64,000 bases of DNA from Chiloscyllium plagiosum (GCF_004010195.1 NC_057719.1:71750055-71814054); one strand, 5' to 3'; shown: positions 1 to 12,149, counted from the first letter of the stretch. A program made the numbers and translations. The notes: generated by a model not told the origin, from the letters alone.

Positions 1-820
1 CAAGTCTCCCTGTTTCCCATAATTCCTGACTTTATGAGTGAGGCTATCATGGGGAACATTATCAAATGCCACATTTACTGCTCGACCTTTGTCAATCTGC
101 CTTACACTTCCCCAAAGAACACAATAAAATCTGTGAGGCATGACCTGCCCCTCAAAAGGCCATGCTGACTGCCTTTAGTCACGCTATGCTTTTCCAAATA
201 GTCATAAATCCTATCCCTCAGAATGCTTCCCAAAACTTTGCTGACCATTGCCATAAGGCTAACTAGTCTGTATTTGCCAGGGATTTCCCTATTACCTTTC
301 TTGAAAAGTGGAACAACCTCATTTCTCTCTTCCCAGAGTAGCTTCGGATAAATTTGGCCTTGCCCTGGAGACTCACCAATCTTAATGTTTGCCAAAGCTT
401 CCAGCACATCAGCGTCATGGAGTTTGATCGAATCAAGCTTGTATACGAGTTCCTCAAAGCTCCCATTCGAAACAAGCTCCATTTCCTTCGTCATGATCGA
501 AACAAAAGACTCATTTAGGGCTTCCCCTGTCTGTTCAGACTCCACCCACAAGTTCCCTACGCTGTCCCTGATCGGCCATACTTTATCCCTGATCATTCTC
601 TTATTCCTCACGTATGAGTTAAATGCCTTTTTCATACCCACTCCTGACTCTCGTCAGTCCATTTCTGAGCTCGTTTCTAGTAAGCCTGTGATCCTCTACG
701 TAATCTGCCTTCTTCCTATGGATGGGAAGTTCATCTGGTCTCGTCCTCCAAGGTTCCTTAAGCTTACCCCTTCTTATACATCTCAGAGGAACAAATTTTT
801 GCACCACTCGCAACAACCTC
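1..820 (-). mobile_element. CR1 LINE ORF2 fragment (linker and RT N-terminus), decayed
   Basis: ORF 102..641(-) carries CR1 ORF2 motifs: KAFNSYVRNKR, ESPGQGQIYPKLLWE, VVPLFKKGNR..GKYRLVSL, SQHGLLRGRSCLT. Confidence 0.9.
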
Positions 821-823
821 CTG

Positions 824-952
824 CATTCCTGAAGAAGGGCTAATGCCCGAAACGTCTATTCTCCTGTTCCCTAGATGCTGCCTGACCTGCTGCGCTTCTC
901 CAGCAACACATTTCCATCTCTGATCTCCAGCATCTGCAGACCTCATTTTCTC
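824..952 (+). mobile_element. Short PLE-derived element, family A, with hammerhead-like core
   Basis: CTGAAGA(829-835)-A-GGGC-taat-GCCC-GAAA(849-852)-C-GTC, followed by the recurrent body gatgctgcctgacctgctg...ccagcatctgcag..ctcattttctc seen about 10 times in the window. Confidence 0.75.
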
Positions 953-954
953 TA

Positions 955-1190
955 TATACAGAGTGAAACCAGGAGACTGTTGGAATAAAGATAATCAAGG
1001 CATGAATGAAAGTTTGAGCAGATGAAAGTTTCAGCTGAGCTATGGATGTTATTCTGGAGGCCATAGTGATGGCACAGATAAGTGATCAGAACCCATCTTA
1101 GAGACAAACAAAACTTAACCGCAAAGTTGTAGACCATCTGGTTCAAATCTCAGCAAGTTGCTAAGGAAAGGGATTTGGTAAAGGACACAA
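955..1190 (-). mobile_element. L2-like LINE ORF2 C-terminal fragment
   Basis: Minus-strand peptide SIAQLKLSSAQTFIHALI resembles the L2 ORF2 motif NIARLR..LS...AETLIHAF; very degraded. Confidence 0.5.
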
Positions 1191-1429
1191 ATACCATGAC
1201 ATACACAGAGAAAAAGTCAAAAGGCCAGATTTTCACAGAGTGACAAAGACTCTGTGGACTATAGATAGGATCCAGATGAGGAAGCCTTGCTTTGTTGCAA
1301 ACATTATTGTCAGTGAGGGGAAAGGATTTATTGATTTATTTATTTATTGTCCTGTGTAGTTATTACATATATCTGTTATAAATACAATTGTTCCAAGGAA
1401 GTTAACCTGCAGTATGAGAGTCACAAATT

Positions 1430-2184
1430 GGTATACACTTAATGGTAATGTCCTGAGGAGTGTTGCTGAACAAAGAGACCTTGGAGTGCAGGTTCATAGC
1501 TCCTTGAAAGTGGAGCTTCAGGTAGACAAGATAGTGAAGAAAGCGTTTGGTATGTTTGTCTTTATTGGTCAGTGCATTGAGTATAGGTGTTGGGAGGTCA
1601 CCCTGCGACTGTACAGGATTTCTGTTAGGCTGCTTTTGGAATATTGTGTGCAATCCTGGTCTCCCTCCTGTCAGAAGGATGTTGTGAAACTTGAAAGGGT
1701 TCAGAAAAGATTCACAAGGATGTTGCCAGGGTTGAAGGATTTGAGCTGTAGGGAGAGGCTGATAGACTGTGTGTATTTTCCCTGGAGCATCAGAGGCTGA
1801 GGGGTGACTTTATAGAAGTTTAGAAAATCATGAGGAGTGGATAGGGTAAATAGATAAGGTCTTTTCCCCGGGGTAGGGGAGTCCAAAACTAGATGACATA
1901 GGTTTAACATGAGAGGGGAAAGATTTAAAAGGAACCTGAGGGTCAACATTTTCATGCAGAGGGTGGTGCGTGTATGGAATGAGTTGTCAGAGGAAGTGGT
2001 GGAGGCTGGTACAATTACAACATTTAAAAGGCATCTGGATGGGTATATGAATTGGAAGAGGTTTAGAGGGATGTGGGGCAAATGCTGACAGATGGCACCA
2101 GATTTATTTAGGATATCTGGATGGCATGGTCATTTTGGACTAAAGGATCTGTTTCCATGCTGTCCATCTTTATGCCTCTGACTC
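1430..2184 (+). mobile_element. CR1 LINE (HER1-like) 3' end
   Basis: ORF 1414..1800 has EQRDLGVQVH..LEYCVQSWSP..LERVQKRFTRMLPGL; ends in the CR1 3' UTR ggactaaaggatctgtttccatgctgt and a degenerate ctatgact tail. Confidence 0.92.
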
Positions 2185-2599
2185 CAGTGCTCTTGAAGAG
2201 TGTTTAAGCAACATAATCTGAAGTGTTTTTAATTCCTGTGCTCTTTAAATATGAAATCTGTCACTGAGAGTAAAAAAGCTCTGTGGATTGCTGTGATTGA
2301 CAGGCTAATTAGTGTAGTTTATTAGAAGAATTCCCATCTGTGACTGTAATAGATTTTCAAATGAGTTCTATGTTGGTATTTCCAAAATACTGTTGAGTCA
2401 TTAGAAAGTTTGGCTTAATTTTAAAGCTCATTTATACTAGTGGGTGTTCTGTGTGCACATTTTGATTGGCACTTGATAGAGACCATTACAAATTATTTGT
2501 GTCGTGGCAACTGAACAGAATTGTTTTTGTTATTGGAAATTGAACACGAGACTTCAGAACTTCAAATTTGTTTTATTCTTTGGGAGTTAAAATAATGAT

Positions 2600-2975
2600 A
2601 AGACCATAAAAAGTAGGAGAACCATAAGAAGTAGGAGGAGATGTCAACCATTTTTCCCATCAAGTCTGCTCCATCATTCAATATTGTTGTATTCTATTCC
2701 CTTTGAAATAAAGGCTAACATTCATTTGCCTTCCCAATTAGTGCTGAACTAGAATGCTAGCATTTTGTGATGCATGTATGAGGGCCTCCAAATTTCTGTG
2801 GTGCGGCTTTCTGCAGTTTTTTGCCATTGAAATAATATTCAGCTTTCTGTCTCACATTTGTCCACATTATATTCCATCGGCCAAGTTTTTTTCTGACCTA
2901 CTTAACCTGCTTATACCTCTCTGTAGACACATTAATCTCACCACTTGTCTTCCCACCTATTTTTGTGTCATTTTA
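2600..2975 (-). mobile_element. Old CR1 LINE 3' fragment
   Basis: Reverse tail repeat (accataaga) followed by taggag..ccatt..cccatcaagtctgctccatcattcaa, like the minus-strand CR1 end at 24380; internally deleted. Confidence 0.55.
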
Positions 2976-3214
2976 TTTTCATTATTAAATATGTATGGAT
3001 GAGAGTTCTATTAGATTGTTAGGAGTTTGTTTATTTTTCATCTCTACATGGTCCCTGAGGTCTGTAAATGGTAGATACAAGGTGAGTAGATATGAAAGTG
3101 GAATTAGGGAACAAGGAGTGATGGGGGATATGTCTCTCATTATCCGCCATCATACCTCATTCCCTTATCACATGACCATCTACAATTTGCCCAAGGGTGG
3201 ACAAGCCCAACTTG

Positions 3215-3425
3215 ACCTATTGTACTCTATGTTACTCTATCCCCACTCCCACCCTCCTCTAGCTTATCTCTCCATGCTTCAGGCTCTCTGCCTTTATTCC
3301 TGATGAAGGGCTTTTGCCCGAAATGTCGATTTTGCCTGTCCTCGGATGCTGCCTGAATTGCTGTGCTCTTCCAGCACCACTAATCCAGAATCTGGTTTCC
3401 AGCATCTGCAGTCATTGTTTTTACC
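3215..3425 (+). mobile_element. Short PLE-derived element, family A, with longer 5' flank
   Basis: CTGATGA(3300-3306)-A-GGGC-tttt-GCCC-GAAA-tgtc plus the family A body; ends cagtcattgtttttacc like the copy at 37484-37717. Confidence 0.75.
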
Positions 3426-3607
3426 TAATCAATGATTGTTGTCAATGCAGACTGAGGTACAGCATTAAAATGCTAAAGCATCTATATGTGGATTGGTAAT
3501 GTTCACAGAGGTTGGCATGTGTCAGCTGCCAACATCTGTGTATGTGGGCTGCGTGTGGCTGGTGCCTATGTAGCATACCCAAAGATGATGGTGCCCGTGG
3601 GAGGCCT

Positions 3608-3718
3608 GAAGTCTTGAAGAAGAGTCATTTCAGACTCCGAAACATTAACTCTGTTTTTCTCTCTCCACAGATACTGCCAGACTTGCTGAGTTTTCCCAGC
3701 ATTCTCTATTTGTTGTAG
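3608..3718 (+). mobile_element. Short PLE-derived element, family B (degenerate hammerhead-like core)
   Basis: tTGAAGA-A-GAGTC-atttca-GACTC-c-GAAAC-att-aact, then ctctctccacagatactgccagacttgctgagttttcccagca; related copies at 33634 and 57843. Confidence 0.65.
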
Positions 3719-4029
3719 GTAGCTAATGGCATAAATTTGGTGAGATACTGCGAGAAAACCTGTTCGGTCTCATGGCATAAAACTCTCCAAAAATACTGAT
3801 ACTTAGCCAAAAAGATGTTAAGAGTCAGCCCTTAGTTAGAGATGGGCAACAAATTCACACATCGCAAATAATTAATTAAAAAAAAGAGAGCAAGGTCATT
3901 GGCCGTGAATTTAAAATGAACGAATCAAAAACATCTTCTGCACAATGGAAGACTTGGAACTGCAGAGGAGCACAAATCACTGTGAAAGCAGTTTAAAGGT
4001 GAATGGAATGTTAGCCTCTAAAGATCAAT

Positions 4030-5070
4030 GAGCCTGAATTTTATGTGCCTCCCACAGATGGACAGACATATAAATCTGTCTGCTGCCAGTGATTTTAAAC
4101 ATAATCGAGGAAACGTTAGTCACACTGCCTGCCCACGGCCTAACTGAGGCTAATGAGTGGAAATTAATGCCCAGTTAAGGGAATCAACTCACTACTACTG
4201 TGCTGAATGTGTAGCCCAACAAGTGTAATCCTCTGGACTAACTACTGATCGATGAAATGAATCCTTCTTTCTTGATGCCACTCTGTCAACTGAAGGGCCA
4301 CTTCCAGTTTTGCCACCATAGGTAGGCAACCTCCCTCCTTGCCTTGTCTAACTTGTCACTGTCCTTTATTGTTAGGCCTATTTACACAGGCCTCAGTGAA
4401 ACCCAGGCCTTTTCTGTAGTTAGGAGCATTGATTGTTCAACTTCTTCATGAATCTCCTGCGATGCCTGAGATTTGGTGTGGATGAGTGCAACACTCCAAT
4501 AGTTTGGCACAATCCAGGACAAAGCAGCCTGCTCAATAGGCATCACCTCCACAAACACTTCCTCTCTCTAGCACTGACACTCAACAATCACAATGTCTAC
4601 CATCTACAAGATGCACTGCAGCCCACAGCTATTTTCACCTAGAAGGATAACAGCTACATGGGAATATCACCACCTTCACATTTTCCTCTAACCACTCACC
4701 ATCCTGACTTGGAAATATGTCACTTTTCTTTCACTGTCACTGAGTCAAAATCCTGCAACTCCTGCTCTAAAGGCATAATAGGTGTCTATATAGCCTCTGA
4801 CCAGATTTTCAAGGCAATGAGGGAAAGGCAATAAATGCTGGCTCAACAAGCAATGCCCACTTCCCATAAATTAACAAAAAAACCCAACAGTGGCCACCAA
4901 TCCAGGAATGGTGCAGATATGTTGGCCTCTTTAGGATCGGGGTACCTTCCTGGAGATCTGGAAGCAGATGGATATCCGGCTTCATGCTAATTGAAGGGCT
5001 GTCACCCAATAACCTAAAACAGGGTGAGTCAGCCAAGCGGAGGAGAACTTGACCCTTTCCCACTCATCTG
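4030..5070. mobile_element. Probable non-autonomous Harbinger-type DNA element (interrupted by a LINE tail)
   Basis: Starts with gagcctgaattttat, similar to the terminus at 8787 (gggctggattttac); interior resembles 22195-22894. Right end not defined. Confidence 0.35.
4420..4880 (+). mobile_element. 3' end of CR1/L2-group LINE (same family as 12150-14410)
   Basis: acaatccaggacaaagcagcc, catctacaagatgcactgca, catcctgacttggaaatat and tail ggcaataaatgctggc..gcccac are all shared with 13900-14410. Confidence 0.8.
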
Positions 5071-6360
5071 TAGTGCAAGGAACCCTCCTGAGCATAAATA
5101 CAACACAGAAAAAAACCATTTAGCCCATCACACAAACCAAGCCAATTCAAATTTAGCCTCCAATTTTTTCCCTGTAACTATGAAAACTAGTCCTTTCTCA
5201 CATATTTCTCACCATTCACCTTCTGAAAATTTCTGTTGAATCTAATGCAGCCATCTTCTCATGTTTTAAGTTCCAGAGCTTCTCTGTGAGAGGAAATTGC
5301 TCATTTCCCCATTAGTCCTTTCACCTAGGAGGACTTGCATCAAACAGTTTAGCAGTATGATATTTATTTAAGAACTGCCAGCGGAAATATTTTACCTCTA
5401 CTTGCTCCATCAAAAATGCTTATAATTTTGAAACCCACTGTTAGGTCTCCCATTAAATTCCTTGCCCTGAGAAAGAAAATCTGAGGGAATTATAAACCTT
5501 AATTATAAATGGGTTGCAATACAAAGTGAGCAAGTAATAATCCACTCTGCAGATCCTTACTTAGGAATAGATCTTTTCTGATTTGGATACTTGATCTTCA
5601 GGAAGAAATTGGTTGCAAAACATTGAGTTGTAGTGTCCATAAAACCAGCAGTATGGATGCCTTTTCAGGTCCAAAATAATGTCGATATCATGTGCACGAT
5701 ATCAAAAGTCATTTTGGTGAGGTTGTTAAAATAATAGCTGGAAACGTGCTGGAAGTATTCAGATTGTGATGTGAGTCAGTGTGATACTGATTAGACAGTA
5801 GCAGTGTTATTTTAACTTCAACTCTCCAGTTAGATCCCTGTCCTAAAGCTCACAGATCTGAACATATATTTAGCAGGGATAAAGACCACAGCATCACTTC
5901 TCATACCTAAACACACGCACAAATACACACACATACTTTCACACCCTCGTACACATGTACATATATAGGGGATTAGGCAAGATTTAGGATGCATAGAATG
6001 GGGTAGCAAAATGCAGGGGATGGGGACAATTGAAATGTGGAGCTGGTTAAAGGAACAGATATCACGTGTCCTTGATAGGCATATCCCTGTCAGGCAGGGA
6101 GGAAGTGATAAGGTAAGGGAACCGTAGTTGACTACAGAAATTGCATCTCTTGTTAAGCGGAAGAAACAGGCTTATGTGACGAAGAGACAAGATGGTTCAG
6201 ATGAGGCAATGCAGAGTTACAGATTAGCTAAGGAGGATTTAAAGAGTGGGTTAAGAAGAGCAAAGAGAGAACACGAGCAGGCTTTAGCAGGTAGAATAAA
6301 GGAGAACCCTAAAGCTTTCTATAGGTATGTGAGGAACAAAAGGATGACTTGGGTAGGAAT

Positions 6361-6497
6361 CGTCAGAAGTGGGTACTGCAGATGCTGGAGATCAGATTCA
6401 AGATTAGAGTGGTGTTGGAAAAGCACAACAGGTCACGCAGCATCCAAGGAGCAAGAAAATCGATGTTTCGGGCAAAAGCCCTTCATCAGGAATGGAA
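6361..6497 (-). mobile_element. Short PLE-derived element, family A, inserted in CR1
   Basis: Reverse complement reads ttcCTGATGAagggcttttgcccGAAAcatc; flanked by imperfect repeats ttgggtaggaat (6349-6360) and tagggaaggaat (6498-6509). Confidence 0.75.
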
Positions 6498-7462
6498 TAG
6501 GGAAGGAATTGGTCCAGTCAAAGACAGGAATGGGAAGTTGAGTGTGGACTTTGTGGAGATCAGAGAGGTGCTAAACGAATATTTCTCATTGGTTTTCACT
6601 CAGAAAAAGGAGAATATAGTAGAGGAGAAGAGTGAGATATGAGATATTAGACTAGAAAGGATCAAGGTTAGTCAGGAAGAAGTGTTATCAATTTTAGAAG
6701 GAGCGAAAGTAGACAAGTCCCCTGGGCCGGATATGATTTATCCGAGAATTCTCTGGGAAGCTGGGGAGGCGGTGTTGGAGCCTTTGGCTTTAATCTTTGA
6801 GTCATTATTGTCTACAGGTTTAGTAGCAGAGGACTGGAGGATTGCAAATGTTGTGCCTTTGTTCAAGAATTGCAGTAGAGATGATCCAGGTAATTATAGA
6901 CCAGTGAGCCATCCTTCTGTTGTAGGAAAAGTTTTGGAAGGGACTATAAGAGATTTATAATCATCTAGCAAGCAACAATTTGATTGCAGATAGTCAACAT
7001 GGTTTCGTCAAGGGCAGGTCATGTCTCACAAACCTCATAGTTTTTTGTGAAGGTGACCAAGCATGTGGATGAGGATAGGGCAGTTGATGTGCTGTACATG
7101 GACTTCAGTGAAGCCTTTGATAAGGTTCTACATAGTAGGCTATGGAGAAAATGCAGAGGCATGGGATTGAAGGTGATTTAACAGTTTGGATTAGAAACTG
7201 GCTTTCTGAAAGAAGGCAGCAAGTGATGATTGATGGAAAATGTTCAGCCTGGAGCCCAGTTACTAGTTGTGTGCCACAAGAATCTGTTTTGGGACCACTG
7301 CTGTTTGTCATTTTTATAAATGACTTAGACGCAGGCATAGATGAATGGGTTAGTAAGTTTGCAGATGACATTAAAGTCAGTGGAGTAGTAGACAGTTTGG
7401 AAAAATGTTGCAGATTGCAGGGGGACTTGGATAAACTGCAGAATTGGACTGAAAGGTGGCAA

Positions 7463-7543
7463 AGGGCTTATGCCCGAAACGTCGATTCTCCTGTTCCCTG
7501 GATGCTGCCTGACCTGCTGCGCTTTTCCAGCAACACATTTTCA
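7463..7543 (+). mobile_element. Family A PLE fragment replacing part of CR1 ORF2
   Basis: agggcttatgcccgaaacgtcgattctcctg...caacacattttca sits between CR1 codons WTERWQ and the downstream ggcagaatactggg; the MEFN..KCEV.HFG segment is missing. Confidence 0.75.
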
Positions 7544-8314
7544 GGCAGAATACTGGGGCAATGGAAAGATTCTTGGTAGTGTGGATGTGCAGAGGGATCT
7601 TGGAGTCCATGTACATAGATCCCTGAAAGTTGTCACCTAGGTTGATTATGCTATTAAGAAGGCATATGGTGTGTTAGGTTTTATTGCTAGAGGGATTGAG
7701 TTCCAAGCTGCAATATCATGCTGCAACTATACAAAACGCGAGTGCAGCCATACTTGGAATATTGTGTACTGTTCTGGCCGCCCCTTTACAGGAAGGATGT
7801 GGAAGCATTGGAAAAGGTGCAGAGGAGATTTACCAGGATGTTGCCTGGTCTAGAGGGAAGGTCTTATGAGGAAAGGCTGAGAGACTTGGATCTGTTCTCA
7901 TTGGAAAGAAGAAGGCTAAGAGGCGATTTGATAGAGACATACAAGATGATCAGGGGATTAGATTGGGTAGACAGTGAAAGTCTTTTTCCTAGGATGATGA
8001 TGATATCAGCTTGAACGAGGAGGCATAGCTACAAATTGAGGGGTGATAGATTTAAGACAGATGTCAGAGGCAGGTTCTTTACTCAGAGAGTGGTAAGGGC
8101 ATGGAATGCCCTGCCAGCCAATGTAGTTAGCTCAGCCACATTAGAGGCATTTAAACAATCCTTGGATAAGCACATGGATGATGATGGGATTGTGTAGGGG
8201 GATGGGCTTAGATTAGTTCACAGGTGCAATATTGAGGGCCGAAGGGCCTGTTCAGGGCTGTATTGTTCTATGTTCTATGTTCTACATACGCATGTGCATG
8301 TACACACACATATA

Positions 8315-8531
8315 CAAGGCGAATTTCTGTGGAATCGTTTTCTGCTGTTTCAGTTACCCACGGTTTACTGTGGCCTGAACATATTATAGGGAACCTTCTG
8401 GAACCAAGGACCAAAGGGCTGCCAGGAAGATAAATTTCCCATTTAAATGAATGGATTTGTTCCTATCCACGGCTTCGGGCTTCCGCGGTAAGTTTAGGAA
8501 CATATCCCCCGTGGGTATGGATGGACTACTG
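8315..8531. mobile_element. Tigger/pogo-type MITE (MER44/Tigger7-like)
   Basis: Right end ggaacatatcccccgtgggtatggatggactactg followed by TA (8532-8533); left part ctgtttcagttacccacggtttactgtggcctgaacata. Both resemble MER44 ends as I recall them; left TIR partly deleted. Confidence 0.65.
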
Positions 8532-8786
8532 TACATGCACATATTCACACTTACACACATACACATATACATTAGTATGGGGTGAAGGCCCTAGGTATCA
8601 TTTCCAATGTCCTGTGTGTTGGTCACTTGCTCCCAGTAAAAATGTTGTCATTTCTATCTTGCAGAAGGACTGAGAGAAGCGGAAGGGGAAGTCTCAAGTT
8701 GTTCAGAGAAGAAGAAAGAAAGAAAGGTCTCCCATCAACAGGCCATTTAACTCAACTTCCCTGCCTTAACACTAGCTAGGACAAGT

Positions 8787-10000
8787 GGGCTGGATTTTAC
8801 TGGCCTCATAGGGAGGGGCTGGGATGCATGAAATTTGAGAGGAGGGAGAGGGATACAAGCAAAATGGCAAGGAGGGCAGAGGGTAAAGGACCCATTACCT
8901 TCCTGCTACCATGGCATTTTACAAGGTGGTTGGGTGGGGGTGGCTTTGGGTGGGTTGCATAGGCCTCACTGCGTGAGGAGACTGATACCTCCAGGAATTC
9001 CTCAAAGTTTGGGAATTGCCTTTCCTCATCAGGCATTCTTTGTCTCATGGGTGGGCACCTTACTCGTAATAGCTGCCCCCATGGCAGCGGCACTGTATGC
9101 CCTCACCCACACCCATTCCCCTGCTGGCCGCTGTGACCCTGGACCTGACCTAGCAAGTGTGAAAGCAGGGTTCCCCTGTGACGATACTAAAGTTCTTGCC
9201 AGTCTGTAGTCTGCTACATTTCACTAAGCAGTTGCTCATTACCCTATTCCAGCTTCAACAGACAGACCATGCAGCCTCAGAGAAAGGTGAAAGTTGTACT
9301 GCCAGTGAATGTACAAGGTGACATGGTGGACTTCTCTATGGCAGGATCCTTCCTGACGGGTGTTGGAGCTGTGTGAAAGTGGATCTCCAAACTCTTTCAG
9401 CTCATCGCACTTGGTTTACTAATGCAGGTGACTGCTGCATTGTATGTAAAGTCACATGTTGGTACGGTGGCTCAGTAGTTAGCACTGCAGCCCCTCAGCG
9501 CCAGGGACCTGGGTTCAATTCCAGCCTTGGGTGACTTGTAGAGTCTGCAAGGGTTTCCTCTGGGTGCTCCAGATTCCCCACACAATCCAAAAGATGCGTA
9601 GGGGTTAGGTGAATTGGCCATGCTAAATTGCCCATAGTGTTCAGGGATGTGAGAGTTAGGTGTATTAATCAGAGGAAATGTAAAGTAGTAGGGAAATGGG
9701 TCTGGGTGGGTTACTTTTTGAAAGCTCAGTGTGGACTTGTTGGGCCAAATGGCTTGTTTCTACACTGTCGGGATTCTATGTATAAAAAAATGAATGGAAT
9801 ACATTAGCTTCTCACTTCCAGGGAAAAGCAGCTGGGACATGCACATGACTTCATCAGGATAGTGAACTTACCCAAAATGTCCTAACTGTGTCCACATTAT
9901 TTTGCAGGTTCCACACGCGAACTTGGAGAGTTAGTGCAACTGCAAAGGACTCCACTTCACCAGCTGGTGTGTGAACGTAACCATACAGGCCCGTGAATTT
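8787..10000 (+). mobile_element. PIF/Harbinger transposon left part with decayed HARBI1-like transposase N-terminal half
   Basis: TIR-like gggctggattttactgg at 8787. Frameshifted translation 9250-9460 gives QPQRKVKVVLPVN.KVT..DFSMAGSF; 9790-9980 gives MEYISFSL..EKQ.GHAHDFIRI..LPK..CVHIILQVPH..CNCKGLH..QLVCE, matching Harbinger LP...KV..AL.F...GSF and GFP...G.IDCTH...NRKG.HS.NVQ.VCD motifs. Confidence 0.75.
9460..9780 (+). mobile_element. HE1 SINE (tRNA-derived V-SINE of elasmobranchs)
   Basis: Box A tggctcagtagtt, box B gggttcaattcc, V-domain gggtttcctctgggtgctcc..ccacaatccaaaagatg, and CR1-like tail ttgggccaaatggcttgtttctacactgt. Confidence 0.88.
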
Positions 10001-10289
10001 TTTTTCTGTTTGAGCACCCTTTCAACTTCCATGAGAAACCAAAGGTGTCTACTGGACGGCAAGGTCTATCTGCTAAGAATAGGAAGCTAGGAAAAAGATG
10101 GAGGGAAGGATATGTCAATTAGAGAGACATATTAGAGAGACCTAAGTTCAGGAAACAAGGATTTGCAAACAATTTGTGGAAAGATGAAAATTGATAAAGG
10201 CAAGAAGTCATGTGTGGGAATGGTGCACAGTTATCCCTAGCAGTGATCACATAGTAGCGAGGGGTATAAAGAAAAAAATGAAGTGAGGT

Positions 10290-10712
10290 TGTGGTGGTTG
10301 ATTGGCTCCAAGGATGATCTGTGATGCAGTCAACACTGTGGGTTCAATTCCCATACCAGCCGTGGTCACCGTGGTCACCATGAATGATGCACCTTCTCAA
10401 CCTCAGCCCTTTCCTGAGATGTGGTGATTCTCAGGTTGAACCACTACTACCAATGAACTCTCTTTAAAGACAGCGCAGCACTATGGTCCTCTGAGGCTGT
10501 GACAACTTTGTGGATTGGTCAGTTCAGCTGTCTGGATGCTGGTTTGTGATGCAGAGAGATGACGACAGTGTGGGTTCAATTACTGAGGTTACCAAGAAGG
10601 ACTGTCCTTTCAATCTCTCCCCTCATTGAGGCCTGGTAACCTCAGGTTAAGCCACCAGCAATCCTCTGTCTACTGAGAGAGTAACCCTATAGTCTGGCAG
10701 AACTATACCTTT
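10290..10712 (+). mobile_element. Two tandem copies of a tRNA-derived SINE (about 210 bp each)
   Basis: Both units share tgtgatgcag..tgtgggttcaatt (box B-like)..ctcaggtt.a.ccac..ctat(g/a)gtc..(c)tttg; units at about 10290-10510 and 10511-10712. Confidence 0.6.
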
Positions 10713-11079
10713 GTTAAAAAGGTATGACAATAACCATGGAGGATTTAAATTTGCATATGAACTGAACAAATCAGATGGGCAAAGTTAGCCAATGTAAGGA
10801 ATTCATATAAAGCTTTTGGAACTTAGAACAGCATGCTTTGAAGCTGACCAGAGAGCAATCTTCACTAGACCTGTCATTGTGCAATGTGATAGGATTAATG
10901 AATGGCTTCAAAATGAAAGTGCAATTTTGTAGCTGTGATCAGAATATGATTGAATTTTACATACAGTTTGAGGGAGAGATAAGTGAATTTAAAACAAATA
11001 TTTTAAACTTAAATAAGAGCAATCATGCAGGCATGAAAACAGAACTAGCTAAAGTGAACCAGCAAATCAGATTAAGGAA

Positions 11080-11260
11080 TTTTGTTTTATTTATTCACAG
11101 GATGTGGGTTTCACTAGCTAGGACAGCATTTATTGCCCATATCTGCTTGCCCAGACGGCAGATACGAGTTAACTACCTTGCTATGGGTCTATAGTCACAT
11201 GTTGGCCAGACCAGGAGTAAGGGCAGCAGTTTTCTTTCTAAAGGACATTCTTGAACAGAT
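11080..11260 (-). mobile_element. tRNA-derived SINE, 3' part (family of 18661-19020)
   Basis: Reverse of tail gggcaataaatgc and of body tggtctggcc.acatgtgact and aatgtcctttag.aag. Confidence 0.75.
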
Positions 11261-11716
11261 GAGGATCTGAGCTATAGGGAGAGGCTGAACAGGCTGGGGC
11301 TGTTTTCCATGGAGCATCGGAGGTTGAGGGGTGACCTTATAGAGGTTTACAAAATTATGAGGGGCATGGATATGGTAAATAGACAATTTTTTTTCCCTGG
11401 GTTCGGGGAGTCCAGAACTAGAGAACATAGGTTTAGGGTGAGAGGGGAAGGATATAAAAGAGACCTAAGAGGCAACCTTTTCACACAGAGGGTGATACGT
11501 GTATGGAATGAGCTGCCAGAGGAAGTGGTGGAGGCTGGTACAATTGCAACATTTAAGAGGCATTTGGATGGGTATATGAATAGGAAGGGTTTGGAGGGAT
11601 ATGGGCCGGATGCTGGCAGGTGGGACTAGATTGGGTTGGGATATCTGGTCGGCATGGACGGGTTGGACCGAAGGGTCTGTTTCCATGCTGTATACCTCTA
11701 TGACTCTATGACTCTA
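11261..11716 (+). mobile_element. CR1 LINE (HER1-like) 3' end
   Basis: ORF 11309 RRLRGDLIEVYKIMRG..FTQRVIRVWNELP; (ctatgact)n tail. Confidence 0.95.
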
Positions 11717-12149
11717 AAAGCTCATTGGAAGTCAAATAAAACAGATAGCAAAACTGTTTGTAGATGTTTACAAAGGAAAGAAGCAAATATCATAAACATT
11801 GATCCTAAACATCTTGAATCTGGTGAATTAATAATGGAAAGTAAGGGAATGGCAGATTAATTTAGTGGGTTTTCTTCAGTCTATGCTGTAGAAGATACAA
11901 AGAATATCCCAGAAGCAGCCATTGATCTGGAAGTACAAAGGAGAGAAGATCTCAAGAAAATTGCAATCACCAGGCAACTGGTGCAAATTGTTAGAACTGA
12001 ACACTGACAAATCCCAGTTCCAGTCTGATATCTTCTAAGGGTCTTAAAATAAATGGCTGTTAAGATCGTTGATTCATTAGTTTTAATTTACTAAAAGCCC
12101 AAGATTGAAGGAAGATTACATTAGAATACAAAATAAGGAATATAACTGT

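Larger units (their letters stand above)
5965..8284 (+). mobile_element. 5'-truncated CR1 LINE, about 2.1 kb of ORF2 plus 3' UTR, with two nested PLE pieces
   Basis: ORFs 6128, 6682, 7142 and 7718 give RIKENPKAFYRYVRNKR, DKSPGPD, NYRPVS, VPQESVLGPLLF.IFINDL..KFADD, LEYCV.FW; (ttctatg)n tail at about 8262-8284. Confidence 0.95.
10030..12145 (+). mobile_element. Old CR1 LINE ORF2 fragment (endonuclease and linker) with nested SINEs and CR1
   Basis: ORF 10838 has TREQSSLDL.LCN..CSCDQNMIEF..LNLNKSNH.GMKTELAKVN, the CR1 APE C-terminus (SDH motif); sequence resumes after 11716. Confidence 0.7.
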
